This document shows, in pieces, positions 38,115 through 49,181 of a stretch of DNA of 64,000 bases. Both the position numbers and the translations under genes were made by a program. The DNA is from Octopus sinensis. Its lineage: Eukaryota. The DNA lies in contig NC_042998.1 of the NCBI RefSeq assembly GCF_006345805.1, positions 183,458,001-183,522,000 on the forward strand. Direction: 5' to 3'. Under the pieces are notes generated by a model. The model searched no databases and was not told where the DNA came from. It was given only the letters and a program-made list of their open reading frames with translations. The first letter of the stretch is position 1. Each line of letters opens with the position of its first letter.

Positions 38115-38497
38115 GGAGGTGCAATGGCCCAGTGGTTAGGGCAGCGGACTCGCGGTCGTAGGATCGCGGTTTCGATTCCCAGACCGGGCGTTGTGAGTGT
38201 TTATTGAGCGAAAAAACACCTAAAGCTCCACGAGGCTCCGGCAGGGATGGTGGTGATCCCTGCTGTACTCTTTCACGACAACTTTCTCTCACTCTTACTT
38301 CCTGTTTCTGTTGTACCTGTATTTCAAAGGGCCGGCCTTGTCACTCTCTGTGTCACGCTGAATATCCCCGAGAACTACGTTAAGGGTACACGTGTCTGTG
38401 GAGTGCTCAGCCACTTACACGTTAATTTCACGAGCAGGCTGTTCCGTTGATTGGATCAACCGGAACCCTCGTCGTCGTAACCGACGGAGTGCTTCCA
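38115..38497 (+). mobile_element. Chimeric SINE: family E head and body, family D tail
   Basis: The first ~190 nt align with family E. From TGTACCTGTATTTCAAAGGG onward it aligns with family D. Confidence 0.8.
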
Positions 38498-40099
38498 GAG
38501 ATGGAAAGTCCAGAGGTTACAATAAAGAAAAGATGGAAGAAATATAAAGGATTGTTGCCTCTGATGGTAACAGGGAGTTTCTCTTATGTGTAAGGTGTGC
38601 AGAATGTATGTATAGTGGTGAGTAAGAGAGACAACTGCGCTGGTGTAGACATAATTCAAGTGGACAATGAATACTGGATGCAAAACTGTCATATTCTGTT
38701 GGTAAAAAATGAAGATAGAATGTAACAAACAAATGCTAGGTTTCAGAAAGGAGATAATAGTAGACTAAGACAAATGGCAAATCTGTTCAACTCATTAACT
38801 GATACCAGTATAAAGAAATGGATATTTCAACATAAATGATGACTTAGTTATGCACACACACACACACATATAATTTCATATCTATTTATCCATATTAACA
38901 AATATAGAAACTTGGCTTTTGTGGGATCAAAATACTTTAAAATAGGTGTTACTATTTATTCCCAGATCACCTTTAATCAAGTAGTTCTATTATCAAAAAT
39001 GTTTCACCTGAAATCATTTCATCATTTTGTATATCTAGGACTATATTGGTTTGAGTAAACTTCCTATTATGATTTGAGAGTTTTTCCAATTACTGACCAC
39101 TGAACTAAAAAGTAAGAAGCGACAAATGGACAGAAACAAAGGATAAAATAAAATGGATATTGTAAGGTTAGGAGTCAACAGCTAAATTGCAAAACTACTC
39201 AGTATTATTGATAAGGGTGGTGGCTTAACATGGCACCCAGTTTAATACTACCACCTGAATTCTCTAAATTTAGTGAAGTTCACTTTACTATAAACATTCA
39301 AACAAGATATCCTCCCCACTTCTCTTTCCAAGCAGATTTTTTCCTGCAGACACCGACCAGCAGGTGGTCAAGCTGAGCACCAGCTGCATACATTTCAACA
39401 GTCTGAGAGTGCCTATAGGGTCATGAACTCCACTTTCTTCTCTGGCTATCTTAATAAAAAAATAAACCAAAAAAAAAAACCACAATTAAAAAAAAAAAAC
39501 CCTACAAAAGTTTGTGTAATATTTTGTTCTGAACAACACAGACATTTATATTACATATAAACAACTAATATGAGAGAAAAATCTGTGAAACAAATAACAA
39601 AAAAACATTGAATTATCAAAGCAATAAAATCACTAACTTGTTTACAAGTTCAAGAACATTTAGCATCACTCAATAACTATTTTTAGTTCCAAAATAACTC
39701 TTTTTCATTGCTCTTAGAGTCTTTCATTTTGTAAAAAGTAGATTTTGATAGAAGCAATTTGGTTTGTCACGAAATTCCTTCAATGTCCAATTTTATTCTA
39801 TTTATTTACGTCTTTATTTATTTATAACATCTATTTCTCTATGCATGCACAGAATGGAGAAATAATAAATTTGAATATTTTTGGATTTTCTTAGAATCAA
39901 ATATTTGATGTTGTAATGGTAGGCACTCTTTCAAAATGCCAATTGCATTCTCTTGACAATTCCGGCGTTTTTGATCTAAGTGTTATATTGACCAAAGTTT
40001 TGAGCAGAAGAGCAAAATTCTATATATATTTCTTCCATATGATAAATTATAGAGGAGTAAAGATTTATTGAATAAAAACATCATCTTTTATACATTTTC

Positions 40100-40885
40100 T
40101 TTTAACTCTTTTCCTTGTTTCAGCCATTTGACTGCGGCCATGCTGGAGCGCCGTCTTTAGTCGAGCAAATCGACTCCCAGGACTTGTTCTTTGTAAGCCT
40201 AGTACTTATTCTATAGGTCCCTTTTGCTAAACTACTAAGTTACAGGAATGTAAACACACCAACATTTAGTCAAACAAATTAACTCGGACTTATTCTTTGT
40301 AAGCCTAGTACTTATTCTATAGGTCCCTTTTGCTAAACCACTAAGTTACAGGAATGTAAACACACCAACATTTAGTTGAACAAATTGACTCTAGGACTTA
40401 TTCTTTGTAAGCCTAGTACTTATTCTATAGGTCCCTTTTGCTAAACTACTAAGTTACAGGAATGTAAACACACCAACATTTAGTCAAACAAATTGACTCG
40501 GACTTATTCTTTGTAAGCCTAGTACTTATTCTATAGGTCCCTTTTGCTAAACCACTAAGTTACAGGAATGTAAACACACCAACATTTAGTTGAACAAATT
40601 GACTCTAGGACTTATTCTTTGTAAGCCTAGTACTTATTCTATAGGTCTCTTTTGCTAAACCACTAAGTTACGGGAATGTAAACACACCAACATTGGTTGT
40701 CAAGCAATGATGGTGAGGGACAAACACAGCCACACAAATACATACATACATATACAACCGGCTTCTTTCAGTTTCTGCCTACCAAATCCACTCACAAGGC
40801 TTTGGTCGGCCCAAGGCTATAGTAGAAGACACTTGCCCAAGGTGCCATGCAGTGGGACTGAACTTGGAACCATTTGATTGGGAAG
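40100..40885 (-). mobile_element. SINE family B with an internal tandem amplification
   Basis: Reverse-complement B tail, five internal repeats, then the B body up to GGGAAGCAAA. Confidence 0.82.
40187..40695. repeat. Tandem repeat with alternating 106/108-bp units
   Basis: TTCTTTGTAAGCCTAG recurs at 40187, 40293, 40401, 40507 and 40615. Confidence 0.92.
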
Positions 40886-41455
40886 CAAATATTCTAAATG
40901 TTTTATATCCAGACTGGCCACATCCAGCCTCTCACATCTATACTACAATGTCAGTCAAAAAAACCAAAAAAAACCCCCAAACAATCACATCATTGAAATC
41001 TCAAAGCTATGAGACAATGCAAGAACCTCTTACCACTCATCCATGCCTATGCCTACGATTAAACTCAAATATTTATAGCCTATGATGTTTCAGTATGTTT
41101 ATCAATTCTACACATACAACGCTCTTATGGGATAGGAACATGCTGACTTTAATGCTATTTAAACTAATTTTGGGGAAAGAGTGATAGATTGGCTACGTAG
41201 ACCTTGTACCCAACATGGTCAATGTTTACTAAAATACAGTAAATAATCATTGAGCTTGATACTTTCTTCTTGTTCTAAACAAATACTGTGCCTAAGAACA
41301 CTTGGTGAACTGCGATGAAGCCTTGTGAGTTTAATCAAAGGGAATAAACATACATGTAACAATAGAACACCTGAAAAGGTAAACAAAATGTGGTGTGTAT
41401 AGCATCGCTGTTACTAAAAGTGAAGTTAGTACCACCATCAATTTGTAAGGCTCTG

Positions 41456-41869
41456 GGATCTTTTCGGTTTGAACGGAAGTTTTTAAAAATAATTTCCATG
41501 TAACTAAACACTTTTAAACTTTATATACTGGTAGAATGTGTTTATAAAACATCTTTTTCTCTTGGCTTTATTGAGAAAATTCTATAGTTTGTAAGATATT
41601 TGTTGTTTTTTTTCTTCAATTTCTGCAATTTCAACCGATCAATGACATCTATTGAGGTGAAAACATTCTGTGCTGTATGAATATGTTCCTTGTTTAAGAA
41701 ATAGATTGGGTTTATTTACATTTCTGCAGAAAAAAAGATACCCTTCCCCCCACCACCCCTAACCCTAAAACAGATTGAAATGCAATAGATCGATACTAGG
41801 GTCATAATTATGGGTGAGAATTTCATATGACACCGCTAGAAAAAACTGCCAGTCAAACCGAAAAGATCC
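41456..41869. mobile_element. Merlin-like MITE with an internal CCCTAA tract
   Basis: TIR GGATCTTTTCGGTTTGA / TCAAACCGAAAAGATCC and 8-bp TSD AGGCTCTG. Confidence 0.8.
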
Positions 41870-42709
41870 AGGCTCTGGATGCAGCTACATGTCTACCCCA
41901 CTGAATAGTTTCTAGAAAAGTAAAGAGTTTGAACAGAATGAAGAATATTGTAAGATACTGGGTGAGTGTAAGGTGATTTATGGCTACATCCTATAGTTTA
42001 AATGCATTAATCCGATAAATCAACATCAACACACACAGAACAGACATGATGTAGCTGGCCAAGAAGCTAATTTGGTATTTCAGTTTCCAATCTCAAATTC
42101 TATCATCAGGTTCGACATCTCCATTCATCTCCCTACACTTGATAATATAAATTAATACTAGTAACGATAATACGAATACTACTTCACCCAATTGACTCCA
42201 CACTGACTCAACAGACTGTACACACTGACTCAATTCACTATATATATATATTTTTCTTTTCTCTTCCAATGCTGCATATTCAGTTATGGACATAGTTGCT
42301 ATGATGCCACAGAGTAAAATGTTAACAGTTGGGTGGTTCCTTGTATTCTTGTAATGGAAGAATATTTCTGTCTTTATAGAAACTCTCTGACACTTCCGCA
42401 GTAATAATATTTTAGTAAGTTGATCAGGTTATTGGTATTACCTTCTCATGTAACATTAATTTGAATTCACTACATGCTTTTCATTACATGAGCAGGGCAA
42501 TTACTTAACTCACATTCTTCAATTTATATAAATGCGAGATAAAGGTACCATGTCTTATGAAATTACAGATGAGTCCCTCCCAAAATTTAATAGACTGAAA
42601 TTTTTATATATAGAACAATTACGCCCAATTAGCATGTTAGCTATGAAGTCTTTAAACTGTGATATGTTCTTAACTATGATGTCCTGATGACTAGCCAAAA
42701 GGAGATTAA

Positions 42710-43672
42710 GGTCCTTAGCCCTAACCCTTTCGTTACTGTATTTATTTTGAGATGCTTTGTGTTTCTTTCAATTACTTTAAATATAACAAAGAATATAGTA
42801 AAATAACTTAGTTACAATTTAGCTAGTGTTATGAACATAAATTGTGACTAAGGTTTGGTGGAAGATTTTAATTCCAAACTTATGAAAACAAGACATTTGT
42901 ACCACTGAGCCAGAGCCGGTTTCAGCTGGGTTGGTAACGAAAGGGTTAAACTGGCCATATCTGGCCCAAATATTCTAAATGTTTTATATACAGACTGGCC
43001 ACATCCAGCCTCTCACATCTACACTACAATGTCAGTCTAAAAGAAAACAAAAAAGCAGTCACATCATTGAAATCTCAAAGCTATGAGACAATGCACGAGT
43101 AATTCAAAATAAAGTGAATACCGTAAATCCTCGAGTATAATCCGCATTTTTCCCCAAAAATTTAAAAGTCAAAATCCCTAGTGCGTACTATATACGAGGT
43201 TAAAAATGAAAAATATTTTCTATGCAATGTCTGAGACTCTATTTGCTGTCTGGCAATGCTTATTCAGACGCATTTTGTGATGTCAGGCATGAAAATACTT
43301 TAAGCTAAGCCTGAAAGCAATGAAGTCATAAAAGAATCATCCATAACTTGCAATAAGCAACATTTATTAAATGTTATTACTGTTATTTCTTTATTTTCTG
43401 CAAACAAAATGCACAAAAAAGCTGCACGTTTGCATTGTTATATGTACAATAACAATAAAGGACATTACCGTATACATTTTTACAAACCAAGGACATTATA
43501 TAGACCTCCTTGACTTAAGTTAGAGAATGGGTGCGTATTATACACAAGGTTTAGGTTTTTCAGAGGTACAGCCCCCTAAAAATCCCCTGCGTATTATACT
43601 CAAGGGTGGACTATACTCGAGGATTTACGGTATATAAACATTACATTTGACAAAGTAATCTGAATGCTAAAC
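42710..43672. mobile_element. piggyBac-like MITE 1 hosting MITE 2 (42725-42945) and a pogo-like MITE
   Basis: Colinear with 2627-3055 and 11268-11447 once both inserts are removed. Confidence 0.8.
43121..43630. mobile_element. pogo/Tigger-type (Tc1/mariner superfamily) MITE
   Basis: Perfect 19-bp TIR CCGTAAATCCTCGAGTATA / TATACTCGAGGATTTACGG with TA on both sides. Confidence 0.85.
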
Positions 43673-43684
43673 TTTTGGTCACGG

Positions 43685-43736
<52 letters not shown>

Positions 43737-44400
43737 CTGAGGGTTTAAGACATTTAAATCTGTATACTACATGTTCATTGGTTATGATATCACATCCTAC
43801 TGCCAACATTTCCTTGTTTGACAATTCTGCATACTCAGATTATCCAGTCAGCTATCATCATCATTTAATGTCCACTTTTCCATGCTTGCTTGCATGGGTC
43901 AGATGAAACTTGCTGAGGCAAATTTTCCATAGATAGTTCCAGAGGTTCAGTGGGTGTGAGGTTATGGTAGTAAGCTGTTAATCCCTGATTCATGTGTTCA
44001 AACCTTGCTATAGCCATTGTTGGGTGTGTCTTTTGGTTTGTCTCAGTGTAATGTAGATGACAATAAGTCATTTTTTTTTTTGGTTCACACATTAATGAAA
44101 TGAAGCTGCGTGGCTTAATGCTTAGGGTGTTACACTCATGATTGCAAGATTGTGGTTTCAATTCCTAGACAGGCAGCATGTTGTGTTCTTGAGCAAAACA
44201 CTTCATTTCACATTGTAGTCATCCACTTGGCTGTAAATTGTCCTACCTGTTGCTAATCCTCACCTGTTTCTAAGCAAAGTTATATTTCCCCAGAGGATGT
44301 TTTCATGGAAGATTGGAAATGAACAACATCACTTATATGATGGTGATGTTCATTTACAACCATTATATGATGTAAAGACAAGGGCACACACTCACACACA

Positions 44401-44434
<34 letters not shown>

Positions 44435-46819
44435 AATACATGTGTGATGGGCTTCTTTCAGCTTCCAACAACCAAATCTACTTACAAGGCTTTGGTCAAC
44501 TTGGGGCTATAGTAGAAGACACTTGGCCAAGGTGCCATGCAGTGGGCTTGAACCTGAGACCGCATGCACAGGAAGCAAATATCTTAACCACAAAGCCAGG
44601 AAAAAATTATGGAGAAACCTAATTAGAGGAAATTTTTTTATCAAGAACTTAATGCTACAGAAGACAAATGAAATTAGCTGCTGCAATAATTAGCAATATC
44701 TATGACATGTTTCACTTAAGAAATAGAATCACAAACAATTAAGTGACACTAGATAAACATACGTATCAGAAGTGTATGGGGGGTATGTTAAATGATCCCC
44801 CTGTTTTCACATCTAATAATACACACTTAGAAACAAAGATTAAGTCATGCTGAGGTTGTAATATGTATGAAAATAGCTCAAAGTTTGTTTGCTTATTTCT
44901 GAATAAAAGTATGGTAGCACACCCTGTGACACCAGCCTCCATATACCACTGGTAGATACTTGGAAATCTAACACTAGTATTTATAGAAACAGATTAGTAT
45001 TAGTATATGAGTATCTGTAGAAATTTTTTGGTTACTGAACTAAGCACATTTTAACAATTTTATCTTCCATCCTACTAAATATTCAATAACTTCTATGATT
45101 TTATCCCCACAACAGATACTGGCATTAATAAAAAGAGTAAAAAAAGTGTTTTACAGCAAAGAACATTATTAAAATTGATAGCAAAGACACCAAAACTAAT
45201 CTCAACATCTGAGAAGTATTGTAAAGACATCAGTTTCAATGTGTAGGATGCTTCAATCTCTTGATAACATGGTACCAACTAAAAGCAGTAAAATCCATCA
45301 GAACATCAATTGAATAAATATCTTACTTCTCTACCAGCAGATATGAAATACATAGGTAAAAGGATGTATCGATTACTCTTCAAAATCCATTAATGCAGAG
45401 CACAGATTTAATAGAGAGTTTTAATGTAATACTAAAACCCAAGGTCTTAGTATTTTCTACCACTATTACATTTGTCTGTTATCCTAAAATTGTTCATCAC
45501 ACAACCAACTCCAGTTAAACATCTCTTGCTATCCTCATTCACTCACATCCCCAGTTACTTAAAAGAAAAAATTTTAACTATACTGAACATCATTCTGTTA
45601 TCTGTATCTCTGCTACTAGTCTAGGAGAATCTGAAAAGGCTATGAAAAGGCTAAAAACATCTAATTAATTCATCCTTCTCAAAAAAGTGTTCGCGTCTAG
45701 CCTGTATTTACTGCAAACTATTTTCAACAAACCAAACTAAATTTTAACCATACTGAATACCATTCTGTTACCTGTATCTCTGCTACTAGTCTAGGAGTAT
45801 CTGAAAAGGCTATGGGTTTTACCATTGTTTTTCAGAAACTAGATAGTGCACAGATGACCAAGTTGATGGGATACTGAAAAACTAGTGAAGAGGTTCATAA
45901 CTTGTTAGCAGCACTCTATCAGTTGTAGAGGTACTCATCAAATCCATTTTGTAGGTGAGGTGGTGGTGAAATTCATTGCTGTAAGCTTCAGTGAAGGTAT
46001 ATAAGTGATTCTTATTCATTAGCGTACAGTTCTGCAATTCTGCCCACAAGGAAATCTACCTGTGATAGTGTATCAGCACCTTATCCAGGAAGAGGTACGT
46101 ACATCTCTCATCCACTTAATGCTTGAAAAAGTGAAGATAAACATCAGATTGCAGAGATCCATGAGATTTCAAAAGGGAATTGAAAGAAAAAACCCAGAAG
46201 CCTCTGGTCCTTAGCAAGCACCAGATATTGTTTATGCAGAAAATTTATGAATTTCTTGAGTATATTTAAGTCAGAGAAGCCATATGGGATCTGCAGTCTC
46301 AAAGGATAGGGGAGCTTTTTAGCGACCTTAAATTATATAAATAAACAAACTGTAAAGTTATATTAAAAGTCAGTTAGCAGTTGTGGAGTGTTATATTTGA
46401 CTTCTAAACAATCATATCAGGTTTCATTATGTTGAAACCAAACAACTCGTGAATTCAGAATGGAATACCTCATTAAAACAGATTAAGCTGTTTATTTAGT
46501 ATAAAATAAATACTTTCATTGCTAACAACAATTACTTAACAAGTTAATATCTAATAGTGTTACTGATAAATGAGATTTTTTAAAAATATAATCAGAGGTT
46601 CAGTGGCTGTGAGGTTATGGTAGTAAGCTGTTAATCCCCTGATTCATGTGTTCAAACCTTGCTATAGCCATTGCTGGGTGTGTCTTTTGGTTTGTCTTAG
46701 TGTAATGTAGATGAGAATAAGTCTTTTTTTGTTTTTTTGGTTCACATATTAATGAAATGGTGAAGCTGTGTGGCGGCTTAATGCTTAGGGTGTTACACTC
46801 ATGATTGCAAGATTGTGGC

Positions 46820-46938
46820 AAGCTGGCAGAAACGTTAGCACACTGGGTGAAATGCTTAGCGGTATTTTGTCTGCCGTTACGTTCTAAGTTCAAATTCCGT
46901 CCCCTCTATGTTTAGCTCCTTATGGGCAATAAAGAAAT
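46820..46938 (+). mobile_element. Internally deleted SINE family A with a target-site duplication
   Basis: Head is joined directly to tail at CAAATTCCGTCCCCTCTATG. The direct repeat AAGATTGTGG occurs at 46809 and 46939. Confidence 0.8.
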
Positions 46939-47489
46939 AAGATTGTGGCTTCAATTCCTAGACAGGAAATAGCCCAACATACGAAAATGATTTTAGTTAT
47001 GAAAAACTAAGCACTACAACATTTTTAACCTGGTGTTTTTCATAGTTCTTAGTAGAGGGAGCCACAAGTGGTTCTCAACCTAAGGGCTTTTTTGATTACT
47101 ATTTGTTGTGTTCTTGAGCAAATTGCTTCATTTCACATTGTACTCGTCCACTTGGCTGTAAATAGATAACCCTGTGATGGACTGGCATTCTGTTTTGGGG
47201 GAATGTTAGCCAGCCTGCCCAGTCAGCAGGGTAGCATTATTCAAAAGCCACAACAATGCGAAGAAGTGCATATTGATCAGCGGTGTATAACAACATCCGA
47301 TAGTCTTGTCAACAGAGTGATACAGAGACATTAATGAAAAGATAAGAAGAGAGCCTAGATATGATAAATTACTTCAACAAGCAAATATCTAAATATCCCA
47401 ACATATGAAAATAATTTTAGTTATGAAAAACTAAGCAATACAACATTTTTAACCTGGTGTTTTTCATAGTTCTTAGTAAAGGGAGCTTC

Positions 47490-47820
47490 AAGTGGTTCTC
47501 AACCTAAGGACCCTTTTGATTACTATTCTATTTTGGTGGACTCCTATAGCTATTTGATGTTTAAAAGCTAGTTTTATAGATATTTCTTTCAAAATCCCTA
47601 TTTTGTTTTTCACACTTTAACTTGTGTAGGTCGAACTATGTAAAATGTTAAAGAAAGAAACTTAGCTGTTTCTGGCAATAAATACATTTAAATTGAATTT
47701 TTTCATGGACCCTTAAAATACTGTTTGTGGCTCCCCCAGTTTACTATTTTGCTTGTGTGGACCTCCAAAAATCTTATATGGTCCCCTAGGGGCTATATGG
47801 ACACTGGTTGAGAATCACTT
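47490..47820. mobile_element. hAT-like MITE
   Basis: Imperfect TIR AAGTGGTTCTCAACC / GGTTGAGAATCACTT resembles CAGTGGTTCTCAAC-type hAT ends. No clear TSD. Confidence 0.6.
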
Positions 47821-48079
47821 ATGTCAAGTGACCATATAGAGTTATGGTCACTTGACATATTAGAAATAGCAACCAAATTTGCCAAATCACACCCAACATA
47901 AGGTCATATTTACTATTTTGCTTGTGTGGACCTCCAAAAATTTTATATGGACTCCTAGGGGCTATATGGACACTGGTTGAGAATCACTTATGTCAAGTGA
48001 CCATATAGAGATATGGTCACTTGACATATTAGAAATAGCAACCAAACCTGCCAAATCACACCCAACATAAAGTCATATT
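47740..48079. repeat. 169-bp tandem duplication spanning the hAT-like right end and its flank
   Basis: TTTACTATTTTGCTTG occurs at 47740 and 47909. Confidence 0.9.
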
Positions 48080-48446
48080 AGATAATCTAGTTCAACATAT
48101 TCCTATAAAGACAAGATAGTTACAGCTTGGATATCTTTGATTAGAGGACAATAAAAATTGAGTATTGGAAGTATGGAGTACGTAAAGTACTTGAAGGTTT
48201 TCATTCATTTAGTTGCCACATACAACATATGATGGCCATCCACTCGTGATCGAAGAAGACCAACCATTGCTGACCTTTAGCAGTATGATGGCCATCCACT
48301 CATGACCGAGGAATACCATTGCTGACCGTTAGAAGTATGGAGTAGATAAAATATCTGAAGGGGTATCCATTCATTTAGTTGCCACATACATATGTACAAC
48401 ATACTTTCACAGTTCCCATCAACCAAATTCACTCAGGTGCCTATTA

Positions 48447-48496
<50 letters not shown>

Positions 48497-48767
48497 AAAA
48501 ATGTATACTTGTATATATGTTTGTATGCATAAATGTATATACACTATATATAAATAAATGGTTGAACTTATGTATGTGTCTGTGTGTGCGTGCCCATGTG
48601 TTCTTTCTAAGTTTAGAAGAATCTGAAGTAAAAATATATAAACTATACATAAACAATATATAGGTGAGGTATGTGGTAAGAAGTTTGCTTCCCAACCACA
48701 TGGTTCCAGGTTCAGTCCCACAGTGTGGCATCTTGGGCAATTATCTTCAACTATGGCTCTGGAAAAT

Positions 48768-49179
48768 GGGATTTTTTTCTAGCAGTGTCAAATGAAAATG
48801 TCACCCATAATTATGGCCCTAGTATCAAGCTATTGCATTTCAATCTATTTTAGATTTAGGGTTAGAGTTAGGGTGAGTTAGGGTTGGGGAAGGGTATCTT
48901 TTTTTCTTCACAAATGTAAATAAACCCAATCTGTTTCTTAAATGAAGGACATATTCATTATGCACAGAATGTTATTTACCTAAATGGAGGTCAGCGATTG
49001 CTTAAAATTGCCGAAATGCTCGAAATTAAAGATGAAATACGTTACAACATATAGAATTTTCTCAATAAAGCCAAGAAAAAATGATGTTTTATAAACACAT
49101 TCTACCAGTATACGAAGTTTAAAAGTGTTTAGTTAACTAGAAATTGTGTTGCAAAGTGCCGTTCAAAAGGAAAAGATCC
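48768..49179. mobile_element. Merlin-like MITE, reverse orientation, one TIR partly deleted
   Basis: Reverse complement of the 41456 element with TTAGGG-type units at about 48857-48885. No TSD visible. Confidence 0.72.
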
Positions 49180-49181
49180 CC

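Noticed and set aside
38115-38190. tRNA-like sequence with A and B boxes as a true tRNA gene
   Set aside because: The cloverleaf is imperfect and continues into a SINE body. All tRNA-like heads in the window belong to SINEs.
39288-39485. Minus-strand exon-like segment as a candidate upstream LZTS exon
   Set aside because: No LZTS-like residues and only a weak donor site. Unsupported without transcripts.
40187-40695. Regular array as a possible CRISPR or functional RNA array
   Set aside because: The whole unit repeats and derives from the interior of SINE B.
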